Source: Moniliella sp. 'wahieum'
Taxonomy: Eukaryota
Direction of reading: 5' to 3'
Assembly: GCA_003971905.1 (NCBI GenBank)
Contig: RSEE01000012.1
Location: 620,001 to 684,000, forward strand
Length of the DNA: 64,000 bases
A program made the translations under genes and the position numbers. This document shows, one piece after another, positions 24,170 through 36,100 of the stretch. Numbering within the stretch: position 1 is the first letter of the stretch; each line of letters begins with the position of its first letter. The notes beneath the pieces were generated by a model. That model had not been told where the DNA came from and did no database searches. It saw only the letters and a list, made by a program, of their open reading frames with translations.

Positions 24170-25236
24170 CTAAGGAACCGTATTCACGACCATTTTATGG
24201 TTCGGAGGAAGAGGCAGCCGTCGTGCTTGTTGCTTGGCAGGTCCACGCCAACTACGATGTTGGAAAGAGCCAGCACGCAACAGAATGTGGCGGCCCAGGA
24301 ATGTTGCTGCTGCGCGGCGACTAAAAGAAATGCGTTGTTGTAGATAGCGCCATTGATTTGCACGGTTTCTCCTGATGTACGGTGCTTTGCCACCAGTATT
24401 GCGGCTCCGAGGCCCGATACGTTTCGAGAGGGGCTGTCTCTTTCCACCTCCGTCACGCTTAGCGTGACCAGAACTCCGTTGATGGTAGCCCTTCCGCGGT
24501 TCGTCACCGTCTACGATGAGTGCCGGGAGTGCTTGTACTGCGCAGAGTGTGTTGATATATGACGAAGTACGCTGGGCGTGACCAAAGGCGGTGTCACAGA
24601 GCCCATTGAGAAGGATGGCATGGAGCGTTATATCAGGGAAGGAATGATTGGTAGCAAACTGAATCTGGCGTGCCAAACGCCGGTGGCGCGCCGCATACAT
24701 CATCCCGGTTTCGCGCTTCTGCTGCGGAAAAAGGAGTCGCTTGACAAGATTGGCGTGCGCGGCAAAGGTAATTTCCCGTAAGCCTCGTTTAAAACTTGGC
24801 GATACTGCGATGCCAAAGGGAGAGAATCCGCGACAAACATTTCTTCCACTTGCATTCGCACGAACTCGGAAAGCCCATCGGCTATGATTGGGACCATAGC
24901 GTTATCCAAGGCCTGTACGTCTCGTCGTCAGTCACCCCGAAAGGCCACCAAGGCGTAAGGATGGATGTTGCGAATGCGCATCTCCATGGCGTGCATCCAG
25001 TCCATGAAGGTGAAAGGATCTGGACTTTCCGGGAGCTGCTGTTGACGCGCACTAGTGGAGGAGATATCGATCCGCTTCTGGATGTGGTTCGGGACGAGCT
25101 CGGGAACATCGAAGGGTGTGAAGGCCGGGAAGGGGGAGGGAAAAAATGGAGATGGCTCCTCTTCGTCGGACGGGGATGCGGACATGTAAGTGGCGTCGGA
25201 GGCGTCTTGGAGGGGGAGGGAGCTGGAGCGGGACAT
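24170..25236 (-). mobile_element. Ty1/copia Gag(-protease)-like ORF, degenerate or domesticated; no LTR or pol seen
   Basis: Successive frames give FMDWMHAMEMRIR, DNAMVPIIADGLSEFVRMQV..YRQVLNEAYG, RHRRLARQIQF..FPDITLHAILLNGL, LIVDG and VSGLGAAIL..GETVQINGAIY. These resemble copia Gag helices and the protease region by eye only. Confidence 0.45.
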
Positions 25237-25374
25237 TTTGGGAGAAACTGGATGGGACTAATCCAACGACGGTAAGCGCACGTCGCCAATGTAGGCGGGC
25301 AAACGTAGAGAGGTGATGGGTAGGAGAGGGCGTATAAAAAGGGAAGACAATAAGAAGTTTTACATTCACAATTG

Positions 25375-25388
25375 AGCTTATATATACC
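25375..25388 (-). promoter_or_regulatory. Candidate TATA box for the gag-like ORF
   Basis: Minus strand reads GGTATATATAAGCTC, about 140 nt upstream of ATG 25236. Confidence 0.35.
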
Positions 25389-26163
25389 CAACACCGCGGG
25401 TGCGTTTTGGTGGGACGGTGTGTCTTTGATGGCGAGTGTAAGAGCTGACCAATAAATGGCCAGGCTAAAGAAGGCAGCGCTGGACTCCAGGCACGTTTCA
25501 TTGGGGCTGCGTGAATGGGACATTCGATATGCATGAAGAGGGCCTGTGCACAAGAACCACACCGCCATATTGTATCACGCGGAGAGGATGAAAGCGGCAG
25601 GGATGCGACTGGTGAAAGTGAACGTTTGAAAGGGACTACATCATATCAGCCGCGACACGCACAAGCTATAAATTCCTCAGCCCTGTTGAGTACATTCTCT
25701 TGATGAGGCGCTCCCGACTACCTTCCCCCATTCTTGAGGCGTCCCTTGGCGTTCCTCTAGTGTAAGCTATACAACAGATCGTGATGGTGCTATCACATCT
25801 TGACCCGCTCCCCGACCACTCTTCTCCGCCTTAGAGGCTACAAAACTGTATTAACCTCCCTTAGTAGCCTGCCAGTTTGAGGCCATGCCTTCCTACGTTT
25901 TGGCTGGGTCATCAACGCGATACTTTGCGCTGAGGGAGAGCTCGGGCAAGCATATCTTAGTGCGCACATGCCACTGCAGTTGGGAAAGCACGGCACGTTC
26001 TTCTTGCTTCCAGTGCTAGCACCGCTCAGCTTAACGGTGTACGGCACCTCGCCCCGCCTTGTGTTTGCACAGGTGCCGGATGGATTGAATGAGAAAGAGT
26101 TGAAAAAGGGATGGACAGCGACGGGGACCGAGGATGGGGTGCAACGAATGTACCCTAGGGGAA

Positions 26164-27564
26164 TTAAAGCTTGTAGGTGGGGACCGAAACACTCGCCAGC
26201 GTACCACTCAGGGGCAGATCCCCTTCCTTGAGCATAAACTGGATCGTGGCCGCCGTCAAGAAAATGAGCCCAGCCGCAGTGGCCAGCAGCAGCATGGTAG
26301 GGCTGCTCAGGTCGATTTTTTCGCACGCGTCCCCAGCCCAGTAGGTCTTGCTGTTGGAAGTGTAGGTGGCCTTGCACTGGCACCGGAAACACGTCTTGGC
26401 ACCCCGCGTCTTTTGCACCGCCGTCCCATGGCCTGAGCACGAAGCCGTCGCATCGTACAGGGCTTCCGCCGAGGTAAAGCACTTGCCCTTGTACTTTTTG
26501 GGATCGGCCACCGTGTCATTCGAAGCCAAGGGTGAAGCAGTGTCAAACGAAGGCGCAGCCAAGGACGAGGCCACCTCACCAAACTTGAACGCCCGCTGCT
26601 CGGTTGCGTAGGCGACCCGCTTGCCAAACGGTGCCAAAAGCGACGTGATTGACCCGGGAGAGCGTTTGAGCGAGTTGGAGCGGGTAGATGTGGAAAGGAT
26701 GAGAGCAATACGGGCGTTCTGGCCACGCTGTTCGGCCGCCTGTTGCAAGCGGGTCACAGCAGCTTGAATCATAGCCTGCACCATACGCAGCGCCTGCTTG
26801 TATTCGTCGCTCTCCGCTCCGTACACGCGCTTGACTTCGCTCAAGGCCTGAACGCGGAGGGCTTGGAACTCGGGCAAGTTGTCCACACCAGCAGCCACAT
26901 TGTCGAGGTGCGTACTGACCTGTTTCACCTCCTGCTGCAGCTGGGCCATCGGCTCAGCCGGGTCGCTGGAAAGGTCAGCCCAGTCGAGCGTTGTGGGCGA
27001 CCGGTGCAAACCAGCCCTGGACCGAGGCGGCGACATCGTGTGCGTCGGCGAGCAGGGTGCTTCCCCACAGCCCCATCGCATCTCCCATCGTTGCGGCGCT
27101 TTCAGCAAAGGAGGCGAGCAGAGCGGACCACGAGTCGGAGCTGGGGGCGTTGGACACGGTGTGGGTGGGACGCAGAGGCGTTTGTGCGGGCAAAACATCT
27201 GTCACAGCAGCCAGCCAGCAGGCGCAGGTTAGAACAGGAGAGCGTGGGAAGGGACAGATGGTACGGGCAAGGACAACGTACCTGCGGGCTGGTCCACCCC
27301 ATCGACATAGAGGGCCAAGCGGTTGCTCGTGTCCTCCACCATCGAAGCAGCGCCGTGGGGCATGGCAAAGGCCCAGGCATCGGGGGCGCCCACGGCGGGG
27401 TCGGCGTGGGGCAGGTCAAGGTGGTAGGTCAGTGCCTGGGCTGCCACGCTGGGACGGGTGGGGGCGACGGGCGCGGGCTGGGCCGGGTAGAGGTAGATGT
27501 GGGCGGAGTTGCCCGCCATGACGGCCGAGGCACCGGCAAGGACGACGGCGAGGGCAGCGCGCAT
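26164..27564 (-). CDS. DUF3844 (Vps3844-like) type I membrane protein
   Basis: Signal peptide MRAALAVVLAGASAVMA; intron 27199-27281; C-terminal CFTSAEAL..CSGHG..CFRCQC..WAGDACEKIDLS followed by a TM helix and LPLSGTL. Confidence 0.82.
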
Positions 27565-28076
27565 TCCGACGGCAACGGCAGGCACGGCGCAGAGTAGAGT
27601 GGTGGCCAGGAGAGGCGGGCGGCGGGCGTAGGCACGCCCGACTCGAACGGGGCGTGGCCTGGAACTGGCGGAAGTGGCGGAACTGGCGGCGGTGCTCTCC
27701 GCCGCCGCGCGGAGGCAGCACGGCGCCAGCCAGGCGTAGTTCGAACGGCCGCACACGCGCCTGGTGCCGCGGGTGCCATCACGCTGCCCATCACATGCTG
27801 AGGTAAGACGCGTGACGCGTGACGGGCGTGCGATTGCGGTCGAACCAAGCAGTCACAGCTATAGATATCTACACGGGGCCCTCGAGCAACTGGGCAGGCA
27901 TGATGCATGGCAGGCTGTATTGGATCGGCCGCATGGGAGCGGCGCGGCATGCTTTTGCTGCTGGCCGCCCAGACGCGAGGCGGCCAGAGAGGATGCTCGG
28001 GCGTGGGGGCAGCCCAGACGGGCGCGACGAGGGCTGTGCACATGGCGTCGGTGCACACGACGAGGATGGGTCGCGG

Positions 28077-31000
28077 CTAGAGGATGCCCTGGGAATAGTA
28101 CTGGAACTGATCGTACAGCCGCGTGAATGCCGAGCCAGCCGAGTTGAGGATGAGCCGGTCGACGAACTCGTCGCTCTGCTCGGCGCTGAGCGCGAGCTGG
28201 AAGCGCTGCCGCAGCTGGTTGGCCGCCTCCTCGCCCAGCGCAAAGCACGGCAGCCGCGAGTCGCGCGCCATCAGCTCGACAATCATGATGATCCGCTCCG
28301 CCTCCTTGCGCACGTCCCGGAACGCCTGCCGCATCAGATGCCGGAACTCGTCAAACTTGCTGCTCTCCATCCCGCCCAGCAGGTCAATGTACTCCTGGGG
28401 CATCTTGAATGGCGCCGCCTCGAACCCCACGCCGCCAGGCGAGATGCCAAGCATGAAGCCAAAGTCGATGTCTGCCCGCGTCGCAACCGCTTCAGGTTAG
28501 TCTCGCTGCATTCCACACCCACACAAGAGAGAAAGACGTACGGATCAAGTGGCCCTCGTGGTCAACGAGGATGTTGCCGTTGTGGCGGTCCTTGATCTGC
28601 AGCAGATAGCAGATGATCGAATAGGCGGCCAGAGACCGCATGAACGCATCCTGCGCCCGTTTGAACTTGCCCGACGAGGGCGGGCCATACACCTGAGTGT
28701 AGTGGTCCCAGAGCGAGTAGGTGCGGATCGGCTCGGACCTGAGCCCTGGGACGCATGCGAGTAGGCCTCCTTCTTGATCGAGTGCACCGACACGGCGTCG
28801 GTGATCGTCTCCATGACGCCCGACGACTCGGAGGTGACGAGAATATTAAAGTAGCGCACCCACACCCGAGCCCTCGGTGTCCCAGATGCGACCAAACTCG
28901 CCAATCAGCTGGGTTGCCAGCTGCTCCTGTCGCAGGTCCGCGCCTGTTTTGATGATGACGCTGATCACGTCCCAGTGCGCATGCGCCCCATAAGGTGAGG
29001 CGGCGCGCAAGCGCTCCCGTTTCGCCGCCCACGACTCACGGAAGATGGCGGCGAAGGGTCATCTTGTTGACCGCGCCCGGATCGTGTCCGCGTCTTCTTC
29101 GCTCCCTTGCCCTCGGCAACGGAAACATCTTTCTCTTGGCCTTGTTGGAGCGGACCGGGCCGCGCAATCGCGCCATTCGCTCCTCTTCCAACGAGATCAT
29201 CTCCGCCATGATGCGCACGAATCGCCTCCGCGTCGGCAGGGATGGTTCGGGCCGCACTCGAGCTGCTCACCACCGCGCCTCCTCCGCTGCACTCACCCCG
29301 GCACTCGCCGGCGCAGCGGGCGTCGACAGAGAAGACGCTGCTTGCCCCCAGGATGGGAAAAGCTTGCTCGCCACCCCGCCGTTCCCTGCCCGGTTCGGAC
29401 GAAGCGGGCGCAGGCGCCCCAACGCCGACCAGGAAGCGGCCCCACTGGCGGCAGCGCCCAAGGCGCGGTGATCACCCACCCCCTGCGCGCTCGGTTTTGG
29501 TTGAGCTGAGCCAGCATGATGGCCGCCGTCCGCATTCTCTCCGAATAGTCCGACAAACTGAACTCATGTTCCTCCTTGCCATCGCTCGAGTGGACCTGGG
29601 ACCCGCGTGACCCGCGCCAGACCATCGTGTCGTGCGAGCGGTTGCGCGACGAGCCAGAGGCAAACGTCCCGGGTCCCAACCATCCGGCTCCGAATCCTCC
29701 GACGAATCCGCATCGTCTTGTTCGCCAAAGCGCTCGAGGTGCGAACCATACGCTTGCTCGGTCATGTCCACCCCCTCGGCTTCAGGAGGGTCATCATCAA
29801 ACATTAGCTCGGTCCCAGCATTGTCATCCACTGTCATCTCTGACGCCAGCGTTTCGTCCGCCCAATCCCCATGTGCCTCAGCTTCAGCTGCTCCCTCCGA
29901 CGCACCCAATTCCAACGCGAAGGAGGGGGGAGAGAGAACATCAGATGCGCTTTGTGCTCGGCAACAGGTCGGCCTCGCCGAGAGCCAGTGGCGCCCTGAC
30001 TCAAGGACCGCTTGAGTCCATCGGTGGGAAGTGAGCTCAAAGCAGACTCTGGAGACGTGGGAGGGTCAGCGTGCTGCCGAATGGGTTCCATCATGGGCGA
30101 GGACACATCGAGGCGGGTATGCGAAGCTGCCTTGACCGGTTGGAGAGCGTCCGAGGCCGCACCACAGCATCGGTGGAGAAGGGGGAGCCCACGGGGGCGC
30201 GGAGCCGCCCGGGTGGGCCCGTGCTGCACGAGCGTGGGCTTCCTTGGTCAGCAGTCGGCGCATCGTGTCCCGATTGGCCCGCCGGTCCGGGTCAAAGTCC
30301 AAGTCATTGCGCAGCACTTCAATTTGCAGGACATAGGGGGCCCGGTCCGCCGAGTTGAGCACCACTGCCTCTGATGGATTGATCCGGACGATCCGATGGT
30401 GGCGCTCCTGCTTGCCCGGCGCCGCAGATCCATCCCCCTGCCCATCGTGGTGCCTGTGCCGGCCCATTAGGTCACACGTGGCAGCACACCAAAGCGGGAG
30501 GCATGCTTCAAGGGGTAGCATATGGTTCAGCTCTGTCAACTCGGCCCGCAGTGCCGACACACGTGCCGGTTTGGGCAGCAACAGCAATCGGCCCGAAATG
30601 GATTCGAGCCGGGCCAAAAAGTCGGTTTGGGTGCGGCATAGTTGGAGCGCAAGAGTGCCACCCGTTCCTCGTACCCAATGTCACTGCCCAACGCAAGCGC
30701 TTGTGGTTCACTCGATACTGACGCTGCACTGATTCTTCGCCCACGCAGGCGGAATAGATTTCCGGACGAACTGCTCGGGTCTTGTCGCACGAGGTTTGGC
30801 ACGCTCGATCCCCTTGCCAGTTGGGCGTCGATTGGCTGGGCGCAACCCCCGAGCCATGTGACCCAGATTTAAGCTCGCCGGGGGGGTCCGGCGTGGTGCG
30901 ACGAATAGACCATGGATCGCGCACCTTGAAGGGGCCATAGGCCGCACCTGGGATGGAGCCTGGTGCTTTTGGCAGTTCCATCACTGTCCCCGCCGGAGGC

Positions 31001-32511
31001 TGGATGAGCTGGGTGAAGGCCAGGCTGCGCGTTGTGCTCGCTGCTCGGGCCCAAAGTGTGGGAGGCGTGTTGCCAAATCCTTCGGGTCCCGAGGAGGCAT
31101 AGGTATATCCATAGGGGCCTTGGGTAGGAGCCGCCAAGCGATTGCCGGCTTCATGCACCAACATCGGAACAGGGGTAGCGGATGCTGACCTGGATCGGGG
31201 GTGTTGTTGCTGGTGCGAGTGCTGGTGCTGGTTCGGGCGGTGAGGATGATGCCTGCGCGGATGGCGTTTGGGCTCGCCATTTGGCCTAGGAGTAATAATC
31301 CCCGGGGCGGTACAATTTGGACCTGGGACATGCCCGCAGCCAAAAGGCCAGCGGCGCGGTCTTTAAGCTCAGCGAACTTCTCTGATGTGCTATTGGACCA
31401 CAAGGATGCGCCCCACGATCCCCAAGGCGAGGAAGCGAGGGTTTGGGTCCACCCAGTGACCAGGGCTCCTCCCGGCCAGGGAAAGGGGCCGAATTGGCGC
31501 GTTGGTGCGGCGCATTTTCCTGGGCAGCAACGTCGCCGCTCCATCCGCGGAAGAGGAGGCGGAAGATTCCACGGGAGTGTTCAAAGACGATTCTTCCCTA
31601 TTCACCGAAGGCGGAGCGGTCAAGGGAAGTTGTGGATCTAACTTGATTGCCGACTCGGGTTCCGGCGCCGAAGCTGCACCCGAGCTCAAGGGGGATGGGT
31701 GAGGGGAACTGTAGCTCTTGGGCGGCAGCGGAGGCGGCGCTGGCTCGTCTTCTTCGTCCGAGGCGACACTGGATCCCGAGAAGGACTCGTCGTCACCTTC
31801 GTCGTCGCTCGGTTCCTCGTCGGCCGCCCGGCAAAGAAGGCGGTCAAACTCGTCAGGCGCAGGCTTGCACCTTCAAGGATGGCCATCGGGCCGACGCGGT
31901 CATGATGGCGGGCTGACCGGGCGAGGAGGCGGCCATGGCGCCATGCCGACCAGCGTGGTGAGCGCATGGGCGGGGTGGATGCGGATTTCCTCGGGCTCGG
32001 CCGGGTGGGCGCCCGGTCGACGGCGGCGGAAGGGGGCGGCCCAGGCAGCCCAGGGCGACGCCGGGCCCTGAGCGGCAGGGGAAGGGCAGTGGATGTGGAA
32101 TGGAGCACGGGGGACTGGTGGGGGAGGGTCCTGTGCATCGAAGAGGAGGCGCTGGCAGTGGTTGATCACCCGGCGGCTCACCAGCAGCGCGGGCGAGGTG
32201 GGGTCGTCGGACCAGTCGGCGCGGGCGGCCTGGAAGAACCAGAGGGTGATGAGCGCCGTATGCACCGAGTCGCCGCAGCGCGCGAGTATAAAGTGTTCGA
32301 GCGCGGCCGAGGGCCCGTCGGGGCGGCTGATGAGCAGGTGGCAGAGTTGGGGCCAGTAGACGCGGACCTGGTCCCAGGAAAAGGCGCGTTCGAGGGCGCG
32401 GACGAGGTAGTGGGTGATGCCGACGCTGTCCCAGTAGGTCTTGAGGTAGGTGATGGCGAGGTGGGGGGTGAAGTAGGACGAGTGGAAGAGCCGGAGCAGC
32501 AGCTCGGCCAT
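28077..32511 (-). CDS. PIK1: Phosphatidylinositol 4-kinase III beta
   Basis: N-terminal MAELLLRLFHSSYF..GITHYL..YWPQLCHLL; middle RIVRINPSEAVVLNSADRAPYVL; kinase motifs SLAAYSIICYLLQIKDRHNGNIL and FEAAPFK; ends TRLYDQFQYYSQGIL*. Many frameshifts; intron near 28472-28542. Confidence 0.93.
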
Positions 32512-32994
32512 CCTGGGCGCGGTGGGGGTGGTGGGGTGGGGGTGGGGGGCTCCAGGTGGGGCAGGTGCGCCGCAGGCTGTCGGGCTCAGGTTGGGGCGAG
32601 CCTCACCGGCTGAGCTCAGGCTGAGCGCTGATGGGGTGGGGCGATTGGTGATCCGCGGGCGCACCCCACACTCGCCCTGGGCGGGAGTGTTCCCAACCCT
32701 AGTGTCTTCGCGCGGAATGGGGCCAGGCGGATGCGCCGGATCAGCGAAGCACCGCAGACAGGCCCATGCCCCACGCGGTACATTCCGCCCGTCCTCACGT
32801 GACAGGATGCTCCGTTGGGGGTGCTGCTGCCGGCAGCTTGTCCCGGGGCGAAGCCGCTGGGGCGCCCGCACGCATTCAGGCCGCGTTTTGCGTTCCCACC
32901 ACCCCATCTCCGTCTCCATCCCCACCACCTCCACCGCCGTTGCCCCCGCCGCTGCTGCCCCCGTTCCCTCCCGACTATCTATCCCTACGGGGCA

Positions 32995-33035
32995 CTGCTG
33001 CTGCTGCTGCTGCCGCTGCCTCTGCCGCTGCCGTC
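32995..33035 (+). repeat. (CTG)6 followed by imperfect CCG/CTG triplets in the PIK1-TRA1 divergent intergenic region
   Basis: Read directly: ctgctgctgctgctgctgccgctgcctctgccgctgccg. Confidence 0.75.
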
Positions 33036-33189
33036 GCCTGCCCCTCGCCCTCTCCCCCATTACTTCCGCTCTCCTGCACCTCTCATCCCTTCCCCTCCCG
33101 CCGCCCTCGGCCCCCTTCCGTCCATCGTATCGCCCCCGCCCCTTTCTTCTCCGTCTTCCCACCCCCATCCCCCTCCGCCCTCTCCCCCC

Positions 33190-36100
33190 CTCTGCGTCCG
33201 CGCCGTCGCCAGACGCGTCAACTGACGGCGCAGCCGATGCTGCCTCCGCCCTCCTCCGCCGCCTCGCCGCTTTCCCAGCTGAGGACGCGTCCTCACCCGA
33301 CCCATCTGCCCTGGCTGCCGAACTTTTCCTGACGTCCGCCATGTCTCGGACCTCTTTGCGTCTCCCACCCTCCCCGTTAATACGCTGCATTTCCATTCGA
33401 CCGTGTTCTCGTCGTACTTGCGCATCCTTGCGCGCATACCGCCGGCGTTCAACTCAGAAGATCCCGCTCAGGTATGTGCACTGATACCCCCTCGTTCCTC
33501 CTTCTTGCCGCTCACTAATGCACCTTGCTTCGCGTAGATTGTACGCCATCTTGTTATTGAGACACTTCACCGTCACCGTCCCAAGCTTACGAGGCGCTCG
33601 CGAACACACGGCATTGATGCGCGCGATGATTACCGTGGTTCGTACGGACAATGAAGAGAACGCGCTAGTCGCTGTCAAACTGTGCATCGACTTGATGCGG
33701 ATTTACAAGAACCAAATGCTGCCCGTCGTTGAGCCTTTCCTCGAGCTGCTCAAGGAACTCTACATGGGCATGCGGCAAAACGTTGAGCAGTGGTTCCCGG
33801 TTCCTGACCAGCCCGCACCCGCTCTGCCTGAAGGAAGCCCTCCCTATATTGCCGATGGCGAACCGGGCGCGGAGGACGAAAAGTTTCCCAATGGTCGCAG
33901 GCTTCTCAAGTCAACCATGACGTTTAAGGTCTTGCAGGAGTGCCCTATCGCTATCGTTCTCATCTTCCAGACATTCAAGCAGGCGATTGCTCAGTGGACC
34001 ACCTCGTTTGTCAAGCTTGTCATGGACGGCTGCCTTTCACTCGAGGCTGGCCCACAAACTGTGACCCACGCTCAGGCTAAGGCGCAAAATACCCGCTTTG
34101 TTGGGGTAGCGCCGACCATTCCGAAGACCCGCAGAGTGCTGTACAGCGACTTGATCAGCTCCCAAGTCAAGGCTATGAGCTTCATTGCTTATGTTATGCG
34201 GGGTATGTTCTCGGTCGTACGCCCTTTTGCCAGTTCTCTCCTGCCGTATCGACGCGCCTTCTGCGCGACTGCCCACCGACGGCTACGTCGGCGCGCAAGG
34301 AGCTGCTTGTCGCAGTGCGCCACGTCCTAGGAACCGAAGTCAAGAGCCTCTATGCCAGTCTCGTGGACGACATGCTGGATGAACGAGTTATTTTGGGTGC
34401 GGGTGTTGCGTCGTTCGAGCATCAACGCCCACTCTCTATCTCGATGCTGGCTGATTTGGTGCACCATGCCCGCAGTGAACTAACTCCTGCTCAGCTTCTA
34501 CGAGTGGTGGAGGTGCACTCCACATCTCTCCATGACTCCTCTCTGCAACCTTCGATCCAGACGATGTGCGTGAAACTCCTTCTCAACCTCGTCGACACGA
34601 TCACGTCCAAGCTTACCGCGCCTGGGGAGGCAGGCAAGCTCCTCCAGTCCATGTTTGAGACATTTGTCGACAAGGTAGACAACATTGCTCGTTCACGCGA
34701 GGACTTGGCCATCCACAATCGGCTGCGGACCAAGTTGAAACACGACTCTGATGAGGCTTCCCCATCGTATGCATTGATGGAAAGGCCCACCTCGTCCAAA
34801 GTCAAAGAAACAGTCGAGGTGGCTGAGGCAACCGACTATCACACAGCACCCGATGGGTCGGTGACGGCGTTGGTCATTGAGAGGGCCAAGCCCGTGCAGG
34901 GCGCCATCCTCTTGTCGGATACGTTAAGCAACTTGTCGCTGGACCAACGTTTTCTCCTGCGTAACCTTATGATTGGACTCAAGACGCTGGTGCCGTTTGT
35001 GCGCAACGCCGGGGTTCGCTTAACGGGGGATGTGATGGGCAAATTGTTCGCCGCCGTTGTTGGCTGCTGGCCCTTGGTCGAGACACCGCGTGAAGCAGGC
35101 CATGCCTCGACGGATGGGCCGCAAAGTAAAGAGGAGCGGGAATTGCTTGACCAGTTTCTGTCCTCTGTCCTGGCCGATTCGGACCCCCCGTCTTTCAAGA
35201 AGTATGTGAGACCCACCTGCCACTCTTGGTGGATCGTGCGTCTCAAAGCCCCGGCCTCCTTTCCGTCCCCCAGAGCCTCCTGGGCGGCAAAAACACCGGG
35301 GCTCGTTTCCTTGGTGTACTGCTGCGGTACATTATGCCGCGTCTCTCGACTCTGGCAAGTGACAACCGCGAGGCGGCAGCCCGCTTTCTCAAATTGTCCA
35401 AGATGTCTTTCATCGCGGTCAACATGTCCCCCGAGGAAAACGCTGCTGTCGTGCACCCCCACTTCGGCATCTGATTATGGCTGTGCTCAAATTAGCCTGC
35501 TCAGCACCAGACCACAAGCAGACACCCTATCTCATCTTCCTTCGCGCGCTCTTCCGCGCCATTGGCGGAGGCAAGTTTGACCGTCTATATGACGATGTTG
35601 CCCCACTACTTCAAGTTCTGCTCGAGTCTTTGGGCAATCTGTTGACTGCGGCAGATGCGGACGTTAAAGTCAATGTGGCTAGGGCGAGGGAAAGGCGGGA
35701 GCTCGCAGTTGATCTGAGTCTCACCATTCCCGTTCGTCTGTCGGTGCTGCTTCCCTACCTCGGATCGCTTATGCGGCCTTTGGTTATTGCTCTGCACGCC
35801 TTGCCTGGGCCCAAGACGTCGAGCCCAACGCCTCAGGGCAACGTTGAGTTGGTAAGCCAGGGGTTGCGGACGCTCGAGCTCTGCCTGGACAACCTCACGC
35901 CAGAGTTCCTGGATCCCATTATGGCCCCACATGCCCAGGATATTATGGCGTCCCTTTGGCTCCACCTCCAGCCCTTGCCACACAACCATCAGCACTCGCA
36001 CACCACTCTTCGGATTTTGGGCAAATGGGAGGGCGGAATCGCCGTGTTCTCCATACCGACGCAACCAGTGATGGCGAGATTGCCCAGGGTAAGCTCCAAT

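Noticed and set aside
31900..33396. 498-aa ORF extending PIK1 upstream across the TRA1 promoter
   Set aside because: The upstream half is a translation of low-complexity G-rich intergenic sequence; conserved PIK1 sequence begins at ATG 32511.
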